Shown here one piece after another: positions 17,774-27,321 of a stretch of DNA of 64,000 nucleotides. This stretch comes from an uncultured Acidobacteriota bacterium (GTDB lineage Bacteria; Acidobacteriota; Thermoanaerobaculia; Multivoradales; JAHEKO01), in NCBI GenBank assembly GCA_963713825.1, contig CAVQNG010000003.1, positions 1,344,001 through 1,408,000 of the forward strand. Reading direction: 5' to 3'. Position numbers and translations under genes: made by a program. Every line of letters begins with the position of its first letter. Positions within the stretch are counted from its first letter, which is position 1. The notes beneath the pieces were generated by a model. The model searched no databases and had not been told where the DNA came from. It worked only from the letters and a program-made list of their open reading frames with translations.

Positions 17774-19170
17774 AGATAACCGAGGCTCCTCAGCTCCTCG
17801 AGCTCATCTTCATCCAAGATGGCGGTCTCGCCGTCCTGACCCGACTGTCGCAGCTCACTCATGGCCCTCTGGTGCCCGACGAGCTGCTCGGCCATCTGTC
17901 CGCAGAGATCGACGCAGGCTGCCGTTCGAGGTGTTTGCTCCTCGGGGTCGGTGCCGAGGTCGTAGAACTCCAGGTGGCCATCGTGAAAACGAATCAGCTT
18001 GTGGGTACTGCTCCGCACTGCGACTGCGTCGGCGCTCTCGGCGAAGATCCAACGCTCGGCTGCGGGCTCACCCAGCATGAGCGGGACCAGGCTTTGGCCT
18101 TGCGCCTGTGGCACCGGGGGAAGGTTGGCGAGCTCCAACAGGGTCGGCATCAAATCGACGAGCCCAGCGGGAGCATCGACCTTTGGGATCGGGGTGCGGC
18201 GGCTCTCCGGCAGACGGAACACCAGGGGAACCCGGATCACCTCGTCGTAGGGAGCGAAACTGTGCAATAGCTTGTCGTGCTCGAGGAAGCCTTCGCCATG
18301 ATCGGACGTCACGACGACGATCGTGTTTTCGTAGAGATCCATTGCCTGAAGGGCACGCATGAGATCGTCGATGGCGGCATCGACGAAGGCCACTTCCTGG
18401 TCGTAGCGCGCGACGAGTGCGTCGAGGTCGGACTCTGACTTGAGGGTCTCGATCCAACCTGCAACACGGTTCCCTCGCTGGGGTGGCTCTGAAGTCATGC
18501 GCAGCGGGCCGAATGCTTCCTGCTTTCCCTCGAGTCGGTTGGTGTAGGGCCAGTGGACATCCAGGTAGTGCAGGTAGGCGAAGAAGGGAGCTGTGCTGGC
18601 GCCCTCGAGTTGCTTCAGGAGCTTTTGGTTCAACTTGCCGGCACCCAGGCCTCGAACAGCCTCGAAATGGTCGAACCCTTGAGCAAAGCCGAAACGGGAC
18701 TGGAGATGGACCTGGTTGAGAACACCGATGGTCGAGTAGCCGGCCGCCTGGAACCTCTCGGCCAGAGTGTCGTATCCCTCGTAGAGAATATCGGTCCTGT
18801 ATGAGTCACCCTCCTGAATACCGACGCGATCGATGCCGTGCTGACCTGGATAGAGCGACGTGAAAAGAGTGGCGATCGAAGGCTTGGTCCAGGTGGAGTG
18901 CGCGAAGGCGGACGTGAAGGTCACGCCCTCCTCTGCCAGTTGGTCGATCGCCGGGGAGGTCGGTAGACCGTAGCCACCGATTCCGAGGTGATCGGCTCGC
19001 AGGGCGTCGATCAGGATCACCAGAACATTGGGTGGTGGCCCCGGATCGATCTCCTGGGCGTCGCGGCCGCAGGCGAGCAGTGACAGTAGGACGAGCGCTG
19101 TGAGCCAGCCTGGGCGGATGTCGCCGATCGGCCAAAACGGACTTGGGAACCTCGACGTCTTGGAGGTCAT
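17770..19170 (-). CDS. Sulfatase-like alkaline phosphatase-superfamily lipoprotein (Thr at nucleophile site)
   Basis: Lipobox LLAC; ILIDALRADH, WTKPSIATLFTS, HYLDVHWPY, TSDHGE, C-terminal LRSLGYL. ATGA overlap with the next gene. Confidence 0.9.
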   Translation of the reverse strand: MTSKTSRFPSPFWPIGDIRPGWLTALVLLSLLACGRDAQEIDPGPPPNVLVILIDALRADHLGIGGYGLPTSPAIDQLAEEGVTFTSAFAHSTWTKPSIATLFTSLYPGQHGIDRVGIQEGDSYRTDILYEGYDTLAERFQAAGYSTIGVLNQVHLQSRFGFAQGFDHFEAVRGLGAGKLNQKLLKQLEGASTAPFFAYLHYLDVHWPYTNRLEGKQEAFGPLRMTSEPPQRGNRVAGWIETLKSESDLDALVARYDQEVAFVDAAIDDLMRALQAMDLYENTIVVVTSDHGEGFLEHDKLLHSFAPYDEVIRVPLVFRLPESRRTPIPKVDAPAGLVDLMPTLLELANLPPVPQAQGQSLVPLMLGEPAAERWIFAESADAVAVRSSTHKLIRFHDGHLEFYDLGTDPEEQTPRTAACVDLCGQMAEQLVGHQRAMSELRQSGQDGETAILDEDELEELRSLGYL

Positions 19171-19361
19171 TCGCCTGCCTGCTCCTGATCTGGGATGATC
19201 GTTTTGTGGTTGCGGGACGCTCGGCGTCCGAATTGATCCAAGCAGCCGTCAGCATATCACCGGGTCTCGAGGCGATGGTGGCGTCGAGGGCGGGCGGGGC
19301 ACCCGCCCGGTGGGGCCTTCCAATAGAATCGATGGTGCTCGACGGCGAGGCAAGCTAAGGA

Positions 19362-20750
19362 ATGCACAGGTCAGCACAAATCTTGGGATTGGTCATTGTG
19401 ACCCTGGTCGCCGGCTGTGGTCGCGAGGAAGTGACTCAGGGTCCACGCCTCCAGAGCTCGGCTGCGGGCTGGAACCTGATTCTGATCAGTGTAGATACCG
19501 TGCGGGCCGACCGCTTGGGCGCCTACGGATATGCCGAGCGCCCATCCAGTCCCAACATCGATGCGCTGCTGGCGTCAGGAGCCAAATTTCAACGTGCCAT
19601 GGCTCCCAGAGCCCTCACCTGGCCTTCGATGGCCTCGGTGCTCACGGGGCTCTATCCATCCGGCCACGGGCTGATCTCGAACGGGTACGAGTTCTCCGAC
19701 GCCACCCGCACGTTGCCGAAGATCTTGGGTGATGCCGGGTACCAGACGGGGGCTGTGCTCAGCAATATGTGCCAGGCGAACCACCAGGGATGGGAGAGCT
19801 TCAAGTGCACGGGAGGTAACGACACCCGCGTCAACCGGGTGGCGAAGCAGTGGATCGATGGGATCGAAGACGGGCGGCCATTCTTCCTCTGGGCGCACTA
19901 TTTTGGTGCCCACGCTCCGTACTACAACGGCGGCATCGTGGCCCGCCGGGTGCTGAATCAGTACTACGAAGGTCCGATCGCAGCTAAGAAGAACATGCTC
20001 AACCGGGTGATGCGTGAAGGCCTCGAGCTGAGCGAGGACGACTTGACTCAGTTGGATGCGGTCTATGACGCGGCGGTGATGGGAACCGATCAGTTTGTCG
20101 GTGAGCTGCTGGACTATCTGCGTGAGGCTGGCCGATTGGACAGCACACTGATTGTCTTCGTGGCGGATCACGGGGAGGACCTCTACCAGCACAACGGCTA
20201 CCTCTACCACGCCTGTTCCGTGTACCAGTCGTCCTTGCACGTGCCGCTGGGTTTCGTAGCCCCAGGCGTGCTTCCCGCAGGGGCGACTGTCTCCCAGACC
20301 GTCGAGTTGATCGATGTGCTGCCTACCATTCTGGAGCTGCTCGCACTGGACGAAGAGGGTGAGCTCCACGGCAGGTCCCTGATTCCCTATCTGGAGTGGC
20401 CCGACTCCAGTATTGAAGGTGAGCCGGCTTTCTCCGAATACGACGACACTCGGATTCACACCGTTCAAGTCGGTGACTGGAAGCTTGTAGACAACCCGGA
20501 TGCGGTCCTGCCGGTCTGTTTCGCGGGCGTCCCGGAGGACTTCTACCCGATTGCGGAGGTGGAGCTCTACGATCTCTCCGAGGATCCGGGCGAGACCGTC
20601 AATCTGGCTTCGAAGTACCCAGAGAAGGTGGCTGAGATGCGGGCATTGATTCGGCAGCGCTTTGCGTCGCTGCCCCGCAACATCGAGCATCAGGAGATCC
20701 CAGAGGAGCTGAAAGAGCAACTGGAGGCTCTTGGCTACGTGGCCAACTGA
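19362..20750 (+). CDS. Sulfatase-like alkaline phosphatase-superfamily lipoprotein (Thr at nucleophile site)
   Basis: Lipobox VAGC; ISVDTVRADR, LTWPSMASVLTG, HYFGAHAPY, VADHGE, C-terminal LEALGYVAN. Confidence 0.9.
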   Translation: MHRSAQILGLVIVTLVAGCGREEVTQGPRLQSSAAGWNLILISVDTVRADRLGAYGYAERPSSPNIDALLASGAKFQRAMAPRALTWPSMASVLTGLYPSGHGLISNGYEFSDATRTLPKILGDAGYQTGAVLSNMCQANHQGWESFKCTGGNDTRVNRVAKQWIDGIEDGRPFFLWAHYFGAHAPYYNGGIVARRVLNQYYEGPIAAKKNMLNRVMREGLELSEDDLTQLDAVYDAAVMGTDQFVGELLDYLREAGRLDSTLIVFVADHGEDLYQHNGYLYHACSVYQSSLHVPLGFVAPGVLPAGATVSQTVELIDVLPTILELLALDEEGELHGRSLIPYLEWPDSSIEGEPAFSEYDDTRIHTVQVGDWKLVDNPDAVLPVCFAGVPEDFYPIAEVELYDLSEDPGETVNLASKYPEKVAEMRALIRQRFASLPRNIEHQEIPEELKEQLEALGYVAN

Positions 20751-20776
20751 CCCCTAGACCCGATTTGGAGGCTGGC

Positions 20777-21895
20777 ATGACCGAGACAGATAGCGACAGG
20801 GTGAAGTTCTATCGATCGTTTCTGCTGCTAATGGTGGTAGCCATCTCGGCACTCTTCTTCACCATGATCCGGGATTTCTTGATGACCCTGTTGCTGGCGG
20901 CCATCTTCTCCGGCCTGGCCTATCCGCTCTACCGACGTCTGAACAAGAAGTCGGGAGATCGGAAGGTGTTGGCGTCCGCTACCACTATTCTCATTGCCAT
21001 TCTGGTTGTCGTTATTCCGCTGACGGCCCTGCTGGGTCTGATTGCCAATGAGGCGTTCCAGATCAGTCAGGTGGTCAAACCGTGGATCCAGGAACAGATC
21101 AGCCAGTCCAGCGGAGTGGCGGAGCGCTTGCCCGCTTGGGCTCAGCCCTGGCTCGAGAGGTTGAATCCCTTCAGGGATCAGATTCTCGAGAAGACGGGTG
21201 AGATCACCGGCATGGCTGGGAACTTTCTGTTCAAGAGTCTGTCGGCTACCACCCGAGGAACGGTGTCATTCTTCCTACACCTCTTCGTGATGCTCTATGC
21301 GATGTTCTTCTTCTTGATGGACGGCCCGACGTTGATTCAGAAGGTCCGTTCCTTTCTGCCGCTCCGGGAGTCCGACAAGGACCTCATGGAAGAGCGCTTC
21401 ATGTCGGTTACCAGGGCCACGATCAAGGGCACCTTTGCGATTGGTGCCATTCAGGGTCTTCTCGGTGGCGTCGGCTTTGCGGTGGCCGGCATCCAGGGAT
21501 CGATCTTCTGGGCCGCGCTCATGGGGGTGCTCTCCGTCATCCCCGGAGTCGGAGCAGCGATCATCTGGGCTCCGGTGGTGATCTATTTGTTGGCAACGGG
21601 AGATATCTTCGCGGGAGTCGCCTTGCTGGCATGGTGTGCGGGGGTAGTGGGGACCGTCGACAATGTTCTGCGACCGCGATTGGTGGGCAAGGACGCCAAG
21701 ATGCCTGATCTGCTGATCCTGTTGAGCACTCTCGGCGGCATCGTCATGTTCGGGGCGGTGGGCTTCATCATCGGGCCGATTGTGGCGGCCCTCTTTCTCA
21801 CCATCTGGGACATGTATGGTGCGGCCTTCCAGGATGTGCTACTGCCCGCGACCTATCGCAGTGGCCCGGAAGGTGATTCGGAAGCACCACTTTGA
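20777..21895 (+). CDS. AI-2E family transporter
   Basis: FFFLMDG, IPGVGAAIIWAP, DNVLRPRLVG, LGGI..FG..GFIIGP. ATG 20777 follows GGAGG. Confidence 0.92.
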   Translation: MTETDSDRVKFYRSFLLLMVVAISALFFTMIRDFLMTLLLAAIFSGLAYPLYRRLNKKSGDRKVLASATTILIAILVVVIPLTALLGLIANEAFQISQVVKPWIQEQISQSSGVAERLPAWAQPWLERLNPFRDQILEKTGEITGMAGNFLFKSLSATTRGTVSFFLHLFVMLYAMFFFLMDGPTLIQKVRSFLPLRESDKDLMEERFMSVTRATIKGTFAIGAIQGLLGGVGFAVAGIQGSIFWAALMGVLSVIPGVGAAIIWAPVVIYLLATGDIFAGVALLAWCAGVVGTVDNVLRPRLVGKDAKMPDLLILLSTLGGIVMFGAVGFIIGPIVAALFLTIWDMYGAAFQDVLLPATYRSGPEGDSEAPL

Positions 21896-21913
21896 GACTC
21901 GAGTCGAGCCCGG

Positions 21914-23092
21914 GTGCGGTGGATGGGAATGAAGACTTCTTCGAGGCAGCAGACGCTGGCTGGCATCAGGCCGGAAAGGCTTGAGCGGTGGTCCCTGGGA
22001 GCCTTGTGTCTACTGCTGGGAGCCTGGGCGGTGAGTCCCGCTTGGGGTCAGACTCCTATTGCAGAGGACGACACCATCTCGGAGGCGACCGACACCGAGC
22101 AGGTCGAAGAGCCCGTCGAGCCTCAGGCAGGTTTCGGCGGGGAGACTCTTCCGAATCCGTGCGCCCTGCCTCAGGATGACCCGGCGGCCTGGATCGATTG
22201 GGTCCAGCGCAGCATCTTCAAGAGTGTCTGTGCCTCGGCGCGGTGGTTCGACAACTTGTTCGGTAACGACGCTGCCTTTATCGAGGCCGAGCCCACCATC
22301 GGCTGGTTTCGGGGGGCTGTAGTCTGGAATGAAAGGGATGGATTCGATGTCGACGGCACGCTGAGGACCAAGTTCGATCTGCCCAATGTCGACAAGGTCG
22401 AAAATAGAGTGAGAGGATTCTTCGGCAGGGTCAGTAACGAGGAGTTCAGCCGCGAAACCGGTAGTCCGCTCCAGCGAAGGCCTGATGTGTTCCGAGCGAC
22501 CGAAGACGAGGAGTGGCTCCTGGGCCTGGGGTATAGCCCCGTCAAGAACTCCAAGCGGCGCCTGGACATCGGCGGTGGGGTCAACGTAGCTTGGCCCCCC
22601 GATGTCTGGGCTAGAGCCCGCTATCGCCGCCATGCCTTCTTTGGCGAAAGGACCTTGGGTCGTTACCGTCAGACCCTGTTCTGGAAACAGGAGGAGGGTG
22701 CCGGAGCCTCGACCATCTTCGACCTGGAGCACATGATACAGAAGCGTTTCCTGGTGGGTTGGAACGGGAGCGCGACGTTCTCCCAGGCGACCGAAGGGGT
22801 GGATTGGCTTACCTCGTTTATCCTCTATCAGGCGTTGACACCGGGCTCCGCCCTCGCCTATCGATTTGCCATCGACGGCGAAACCGGTGCCGATGTGCCG
22901 CTGAATGTCTACAGTATCCGGCTCACCTACAGAGGAAGAATCAGTCGCGAGTGGTTATTTGTCGAGGTGCGCCCAGAGGTGGCCTACCGGAAGTTCGAGC
23001 GAGGCGGCGATTGGGATGTGGTGCCAGGGCTGTATCTCGGCTTCGAACTGCACTTCGGTCAGGATGCCGGCAAGGCTCGCCGCCGCCTGTGA
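21914..23092 (+). CDS. Hypothetical exported protein, probable outer-membrane beta-barrel
   Basis: Signal peptide (AWG), WFDNLFG motif, amphipathic beta-strands, terminal strand LYLGFELHF. Confidence 0.65.
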   Translation: MRWMGMKTSSRQQTLAGIRPERLERWSLGALCLLLGAWAVSPAWGQTPIAEDDTISEATDTEQVEEPVEPQAGFGGETLPNPCALPQDDPAAWIDWVQRSIFKSVCASARWFDNLFGNDAAFIEAEPTIGWFRGAVVWNERDGFDVDGTLRTKFDLPNVDKVENRVRGFFGRVSNEEFSRETGSPLQRRPDVFRATEDEEWLLGLGYSPVKNSKRRLDIGGGVNVAWPPDVWARARYRRHAFFGERTLGRYRQTLFWKQEEGAGASTIFDLEHMIQKRFLVGWNGSATFSQATEGVDWLTSFILYQALTPGSALAYRFAIDGETGADVPLNVYSIRLTYRGRISREWLFVEVRPEVAYRKFERGGDWDVVPGLYLGFELHFGQDAGKARRRL

Positions 23093-23103
23093 GCAACGAA
23101 CCT

Positions 23104-23697
23104 CTATTCGATGGGTAGCCCCAGCTTTTCCCTTACCGTGGGCTCGAGACGCGTCATGCCCGCCGCCTTGCCCACTGCCAGTGCCTCTTCGGGGCTCATG
23201 CCGTCGATGTAGTAAGCCTTCATCGCGAACAGGCCTCCAACCCGATTGCCACTGGCGCAGTGCACCATCACGGGCGACTCCGCCTTGTCGAGGGCTTCAG
23301 CCAGAGCTCGGGCCTTGTCCTCGGTCATGTCGGCAGAGCCATCGATGGGAATCTCGATGTAGGCCATTCCCAAGCCCCGAACCTGTTCGGGGTCCGTATT
23401 GTCCTTCTCTTCAGGTTGTCGAAGGTTGATGACGGTCTTGTAGCCGTCCTCGTGAGCGCGTTCGAGCTGGGCCGGCGTGGGTTGACCGCCCGTCAGCAGC
23501 GCGTCACCCTCGAACGGAGTGCGTCCGTTTCGAAGTCGGTCTTCGGGCCGCAGGGTTTCGACGATGGCGCTCTCCTGCATCTCTGGTGCAGTGCTCTGCG
23601 TCTGCGAAGGCGTCGTCTGCTCGACGTCGGAGGTGCACGCGACGGTCAGCAGCGTCAGGCTTGTCAAGAAGATCTTCTGGGTCTTCATGCTGCTCAT
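23104..23697 (-). CDS. DUF442/Blh-like CX5R (PTP-fold) lipoprotein, putative sulfurtransferase or phosphatase
   Basis: Lipobox TVAC; GGQPT, GYKTVINLR, HCASGNRVG. ATGA overlap with the STT3 stop. Confidence 0.85.
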   Translation of the reverse strand: MSSMKTQKIFLTSLTLLTVACTSDVEQTTPSQTQSTAPEMQESAIVETLRPEDRLRNGRTPFEGDALLTGGQPTPAQLERAHEDGYKTVINLRQPEEKDNTDPEQVRGLGMAYIEIPIDGSADMTEDKARALAEALDKAESPVMVHCASGNRVGGLFAMKAYYIDGMSPEEALAVGKAAGMTRLEPTVREKLGLPIE

Positions 23698-25805
23698 GGG
23701 AGTCCTTTCTCTTCTGCGCGGGCTCCAAGAATAGTCGAATCGAGGCACAGGGAACAGCCTTTCCGCGCCACGGTCAAGCCACTTTCGGGCACTCGAGTCG
23801 CAGGTTGTCGAAGGCCCCTCAGAAGTCGGGTCCGGTCAACCTCGTAGACCCGCACCAGAGGCACGGGTCCGAATGGCCCCTGGCGCATCTGTGGGGTCCG
23901 GAAGACCTCGACGAAGCCGCGAGGCGGAGTGGGTGCCGCGGTGGAGCTCTGCCCAGATGCAACAGCTGCAAACGCGAGTCGGGCGCCCACGGTGGCCATG
24001 AGTCGATCCAGCTGGATCGGTCGCCTGCCGTCCGACTCCTCGGGTCCGAGAAAGATCTGAGGATCGATGGTTGCAATCCGAGCGGCATGCTCGAGTTTCA
24101 GAAGATCGGTCTCCACCACCACCCAGCGAACTCGACGGCGCTGCAGCAGGGAGGCGATCTCATCGTCGTCCTCCAGGAAGTAGAACCGCACTGCGTCGTG
24201 AAAGCTGGGTTGACCGTGCGAGCCGAACGGGCTGGCGATCGTTGCTTTCTGTCCAATCCACTCGATCCAGTGCCCAGCGCTCCAAGGCCCCAGAACCGAT
24301 TCTTCAGCCGGTTCTTCAGGGTGTTTCCACGCGCTGGGTGGTGGGGCGGCAGAACGGAGAAAGAGGCAGACGCTGTCCATGCTGGACGCCACGACGGGCG
24401 CGGGGCGTCCCAAGAAACGCAGCCCTGCAAAGCCCGGCACCGGAACATAGGCCGCCAGGCAGGGCAAGAAGATCAGGCCGACGAGAAGGTAGGCTCGCCG
24501 AGGGCGGAGATCCACAGCGGCCTGTGAAGACCAACGGAACATGGCGAAGGCGGTAACAGACGCAACCGCGAACGCCGCGCCATGACTGTAGCGGGCCTGA
24601 AAGAGAGCCAGTCCCAGCGAGTAGGTGGCCCAGGTCAGGAGAAACGCTGTTGCCATCCGCGTCCTGCTGTCTCGCAGGAGCCACAGACCAATGATCGGGA
24701 TGAGCAGTGGGATCAAGGACAGGCGCACCAGAAGAGGCCTGAGGTCGGGCTGGCCGAAGAGCGACAGTAGTGGCCGGGATTCCGCGATGGACTGAAGCCA
24801 GGGCTCGGAGCGACCGAGAAAGGTCAGACCCGCCAGAAGAGGCGGCACGCAGATAGGTAGAAGAACAGTGAGGGCAAGGGCACTGATGCAAGCCAGAGCC
24901 AATACCCGTGACCGGCCCTGCTGCGATCTGCCGGTGGCTAGGGCAAGCAGGCTACCGGCCAGTGACAATCCCAGGAGTGCAGCGATTTGTAGCCAGGACA
25001 GTCCTTCATAGGAAGCTCCGTCCGAGGCGGTCCAGACACTCCCCAGGACGAAAGGGAGGACGATGATGGAGGCGCCAAGTCCTCCGAGGGCGATGCTTGA
25101 CCCGAGGCGTGAGGTGGACTCGGAGCGCCACCCGGCAGCCGCCGCCGATGCGACTCCGACCACCAGGAAGAGCCCTATGTGGATGAGAGCCCCCGGCCAG
25201 GTCAGCATCAGGGCGCTCAGCCAGGCGGCAGCCTCGATGGAGGTCTGTCGGACCGGCACGGGGTCGGATTGAGGTCGGGCCAAGGCACCGGCTATTGCTG
25301 CGAGCACACCGAGAGCAGCCAACTCGATCAGTGGATCGTGGTCCGAGGCACCCAGGAGGGTGTAGCGCACCACTCCGGGAAGCAACGCTGCCAGCGCCGC
25401 GCCGAGAACGGCTGTCCGGCGTCCAGCGATCCGTCTGAGCAGCATCGCCAGGATGAGAATCTGCAGGACGCCGAGGGCCGGGGGCAGGATGGCACTCGCT
25501 AATTCGACAGCCGACTCAGCACCTCCGGGCAGTACCTTGGCCAGCGTGGCCAGAAGGAAGTCGTACAGGGGTGCCCACACCAGGGGCGCCCCGTCAGGGA
25601 CATTCATGAGATGGTCGAAGTCAGGTACCCGTGGCCAGTCCAGCATGGTCAGCCAAGCACGGCGCAGATGGTAGTAGGCGTCTGTGCCGTCCAGAGTAAT
25701 TCCACCCGCCGTGAAGACCGAGCCCCAGGTTCCGAGACGGAGAACGGTTGCGACCAGTGACACCAGAATGAGGCTGATTGCGTAGCGCTGGCGACTCATC
25801 TCCAT
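23694..25805 (-). CDS. STT3/AglB-like oligosaccharyltransferase
   Basis: GTDAYYHLRR, DHD, SIAE, QARY, about 13 TMs, and a soluble domain with PWSAGHWI and ASPFG. Confidence 0.82.
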   Translation of the reverse strand: MEMSRQRYAISLILVSLVATVLRLGTWGSVFTAGGITLDGTDAYYHLRRAWLTMLDWPRVPDFDHLMNVPDGAPLVWAPLYDFLLATLAKVLPGGAESAVELASAILPPALGVLQILILAMLLRRIAGRRTAVLGAALAALLPGVVRYTLLGASDHDPLIELAALGVLAAIAGALARPQSDPVPVRQTSIEAAAWLSALMLTWPGALIHIGLFLVVGVASAAAAGWRSESTSRLGSSIALGGLGASIIVLPFVLGSVWTASDGASYEGLSWLQIAALLGLSLAGSLLALATGRSQQGRSRVLALACISALALTVLLPICVPPLLAGLTFLGRSEPWLQSIAESRPLLSLFGQPDLRPLLVRLSLIPLLIPIIGLWLLRDSRTRMATAFLLTWATYSLGLALFQARYSHGAAFAVASVTAFAMFRWSSQAAVDLRPRRAYLLVGLIFLPCLAAYVPVPGFAGLRFLGRPAPVVASSMDSVCLFLRSAAPPPSAWKHPEEPAEESVLGPWSAGHWIEWIGQKATIASPFGSHGQPSFHDAVRFYFLEDDDEIASLLQRRRVRWVVVETDLLKLEHAARIATIDPQIFLGPEESDGRRPIQLDRLMATVGARLAFAAVASGQSSTAAPTPPRGFVEVFRTPQMRQGPFGPVPLVRVYEVDRTRLLRGLRQPATRVPESGLTVARKGCSLCLDSTILGARAEEKGLP

Positions 25806-25912
25806 GTCTGAACCCAATCGGAATCGGCGAATGCAAGGCTACACCGTCCGAATCTCCTGGACCAACACGAACTTGCACCGTTAGAAGCAACAGAGGGGCA
25901 TAGGGCAGTTGT

Positions 25913-26037
25913 GGCTTAGGGGCCTAGGGGAATGGGAGGGGGCCCCACTGCCGCAAAGGTAGGCCGGAGGGACGACGGACTCCTCAACCCCCAAGCCCTC
26001 AAAGACCGGCCAAAGGTACGCCGGCCGCCTCATCCCC
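25913..26037 (+). repeat. Mosaic repeat locus 3: TAGGGG octamers plus two hairpin units
   Basis: ggcttaggggcctagggg, then CAAAG-gtaggccg-GAGGGACGA-cggactcc-TCAACCC and CCAAGCCCTCAAAGAC-cggcc..AGGTACG..ggccg-CCTCATCCC. Confidence 0.75.
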
Positions 26038-26040
26038 TTA

Positions 26041-27321
26041 CTAGGCGTAGCGAATCCAGCGCCAGAGCTCTCTGAGACTGGGCTTCTTGCCATACATCAG
26101 GATCCCGATCCGGTAGATGCGAGCACAGAGCCAGATCATTCCGCCGCACAGCGCTGTGGTGAGGAAGTAGCCAAGAAGGATCTGCCACGTGGGTGGCATC
26201 TTGACGGCGATCCTCAGCACCATCAGGAACGGTGTGAAGATCGGAATCAGGGAAGTGACGACGGCCAGGGTCGAATCGGGATCATTGAGAATCGGTAAGA
26301 AGAAAATCCATGGCAGAACCACAAAGATGACTGCGAGCGAGGCCATCTGCTGTGCTTCCTGGGGATTGTTGAAGGCCGATCCGATCATGGCGTAGAACGT
26401 GGCGTAGAAGAAGTAACCCAGGATGAACAGCAGGAAGAAATGGAGCACGAGAATCGGGGGCAGGGTGGGCAACTCGGTGCCGGCGGGCAGGAACGCCATC
26501 GCGGCAACGACCGCCGGCGCTGTGAGCACCGCCGCAAGAGAGAACCAGATGCCGAGTTGGGTCAGGCCAGCCAGCCCGATTCCGACAATCTTGCCCGCCA
26601 TCAGATCGAGCGGATCGACGGTCGAGAGAAGCACCTCCACTACCCTGGAGCTCTTCTCCTCCAAGACTCCGAGCATGACTTGTTGGCCGTAGATCAGGGT
26701 GGTGATGTAGAGCATCATGAAGACGGCGAAAGCCAGGGCGAAGCCTCCGAGGCCACCTTCCGCTCGGCTCCCCTCTGCCGAGATTCGTACGGTCTCCAGA
26801 TCGATCGAGCTGGACAGCTCGGCCACGATCTCCGGGTCGTAGCCTGATTCCACCAGTCGAACCTGTTGCACCGCTACTGACAGCGCTCCTGTCAGGGCCT
26901 GCTGGGTAATGAAGTTCGAGACGCTCTGGGCGTGGTATTCCACTCGGTTCTCAGCCAGCATCTCGGGGTCGATCCAGACCCAGGCCGCGATCTCTTCGTC
27001 GAGCACGCGTTGGTCGAGAGCCGCCCGTTGTGCCGCCGCATCGGTCTCGGGCTCGACGACCTCCAGGTCGAAGCTGACCTGCCCGGCCGTGCGCTTCGCC
27101 AAGTCATCGAGTGTCTCCCGGAGGAGGCCTGCGACCTCGTGGGTCCGGTCGACGACCGCCAGCTTCTGACTGGTCTTCGCCTTGGCCACCATAAGACTGG
27201 GAAGAACCGCCCAGGCCGCCATCATCACCGGCAGGGCGATGGTGCTGATCCAGAAACCCTTGCTCCGTAGGCGCGCCAGATACTCGCGCTTGGCGATGGT
27301 CCGAAAGTTACTCGGCCGCAT
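26041..27321 (-). CDS. ABC-2 transporter permease (NatB/YhaP-like)
   Basis: IAKREY, EEKSSRVVEVLLS, GKIVG, IYRIGILMYGKKPS. Start at 27321. Confidence 0.92.
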   Translation of the reverse strand: MRPSNFRTIAKREYLARLRSKGFWISTIALPVMMAAWAVLPSLMVAKAKTSQKLAVVDRTHEVAGLLRETLDDLAKRTAGQVSFDLEVVEPETDAAAQRAALDQRVLDEEIAAWVWIDPEMLAENRVEYHAQSVSNFITQQALTGALSVAVQQVRLVESGYDPEIVAELSSSIDLETVRISAEGSRAEGGLGGFALAFAVFMMLYITTLIYGQQVMLGVLEEKSSRVVEVLLSTVDPLDLMAGKIVGIGLAGLTQLGIWFSLAAVLTAPAVVAAMAFLPAGTELPTLPPILVLHFFLLFILGYFFYATFYAMIGSAFNNPQEAQQMASLAVIFVVLPWIFFLPILNDPDSTLAVVTSLIPIFTPFLMVLRIAVKMPPTWQILLGYFLTTALCGGMIWLCARIYRIGILMYGKKPSLRELWRWIRYA

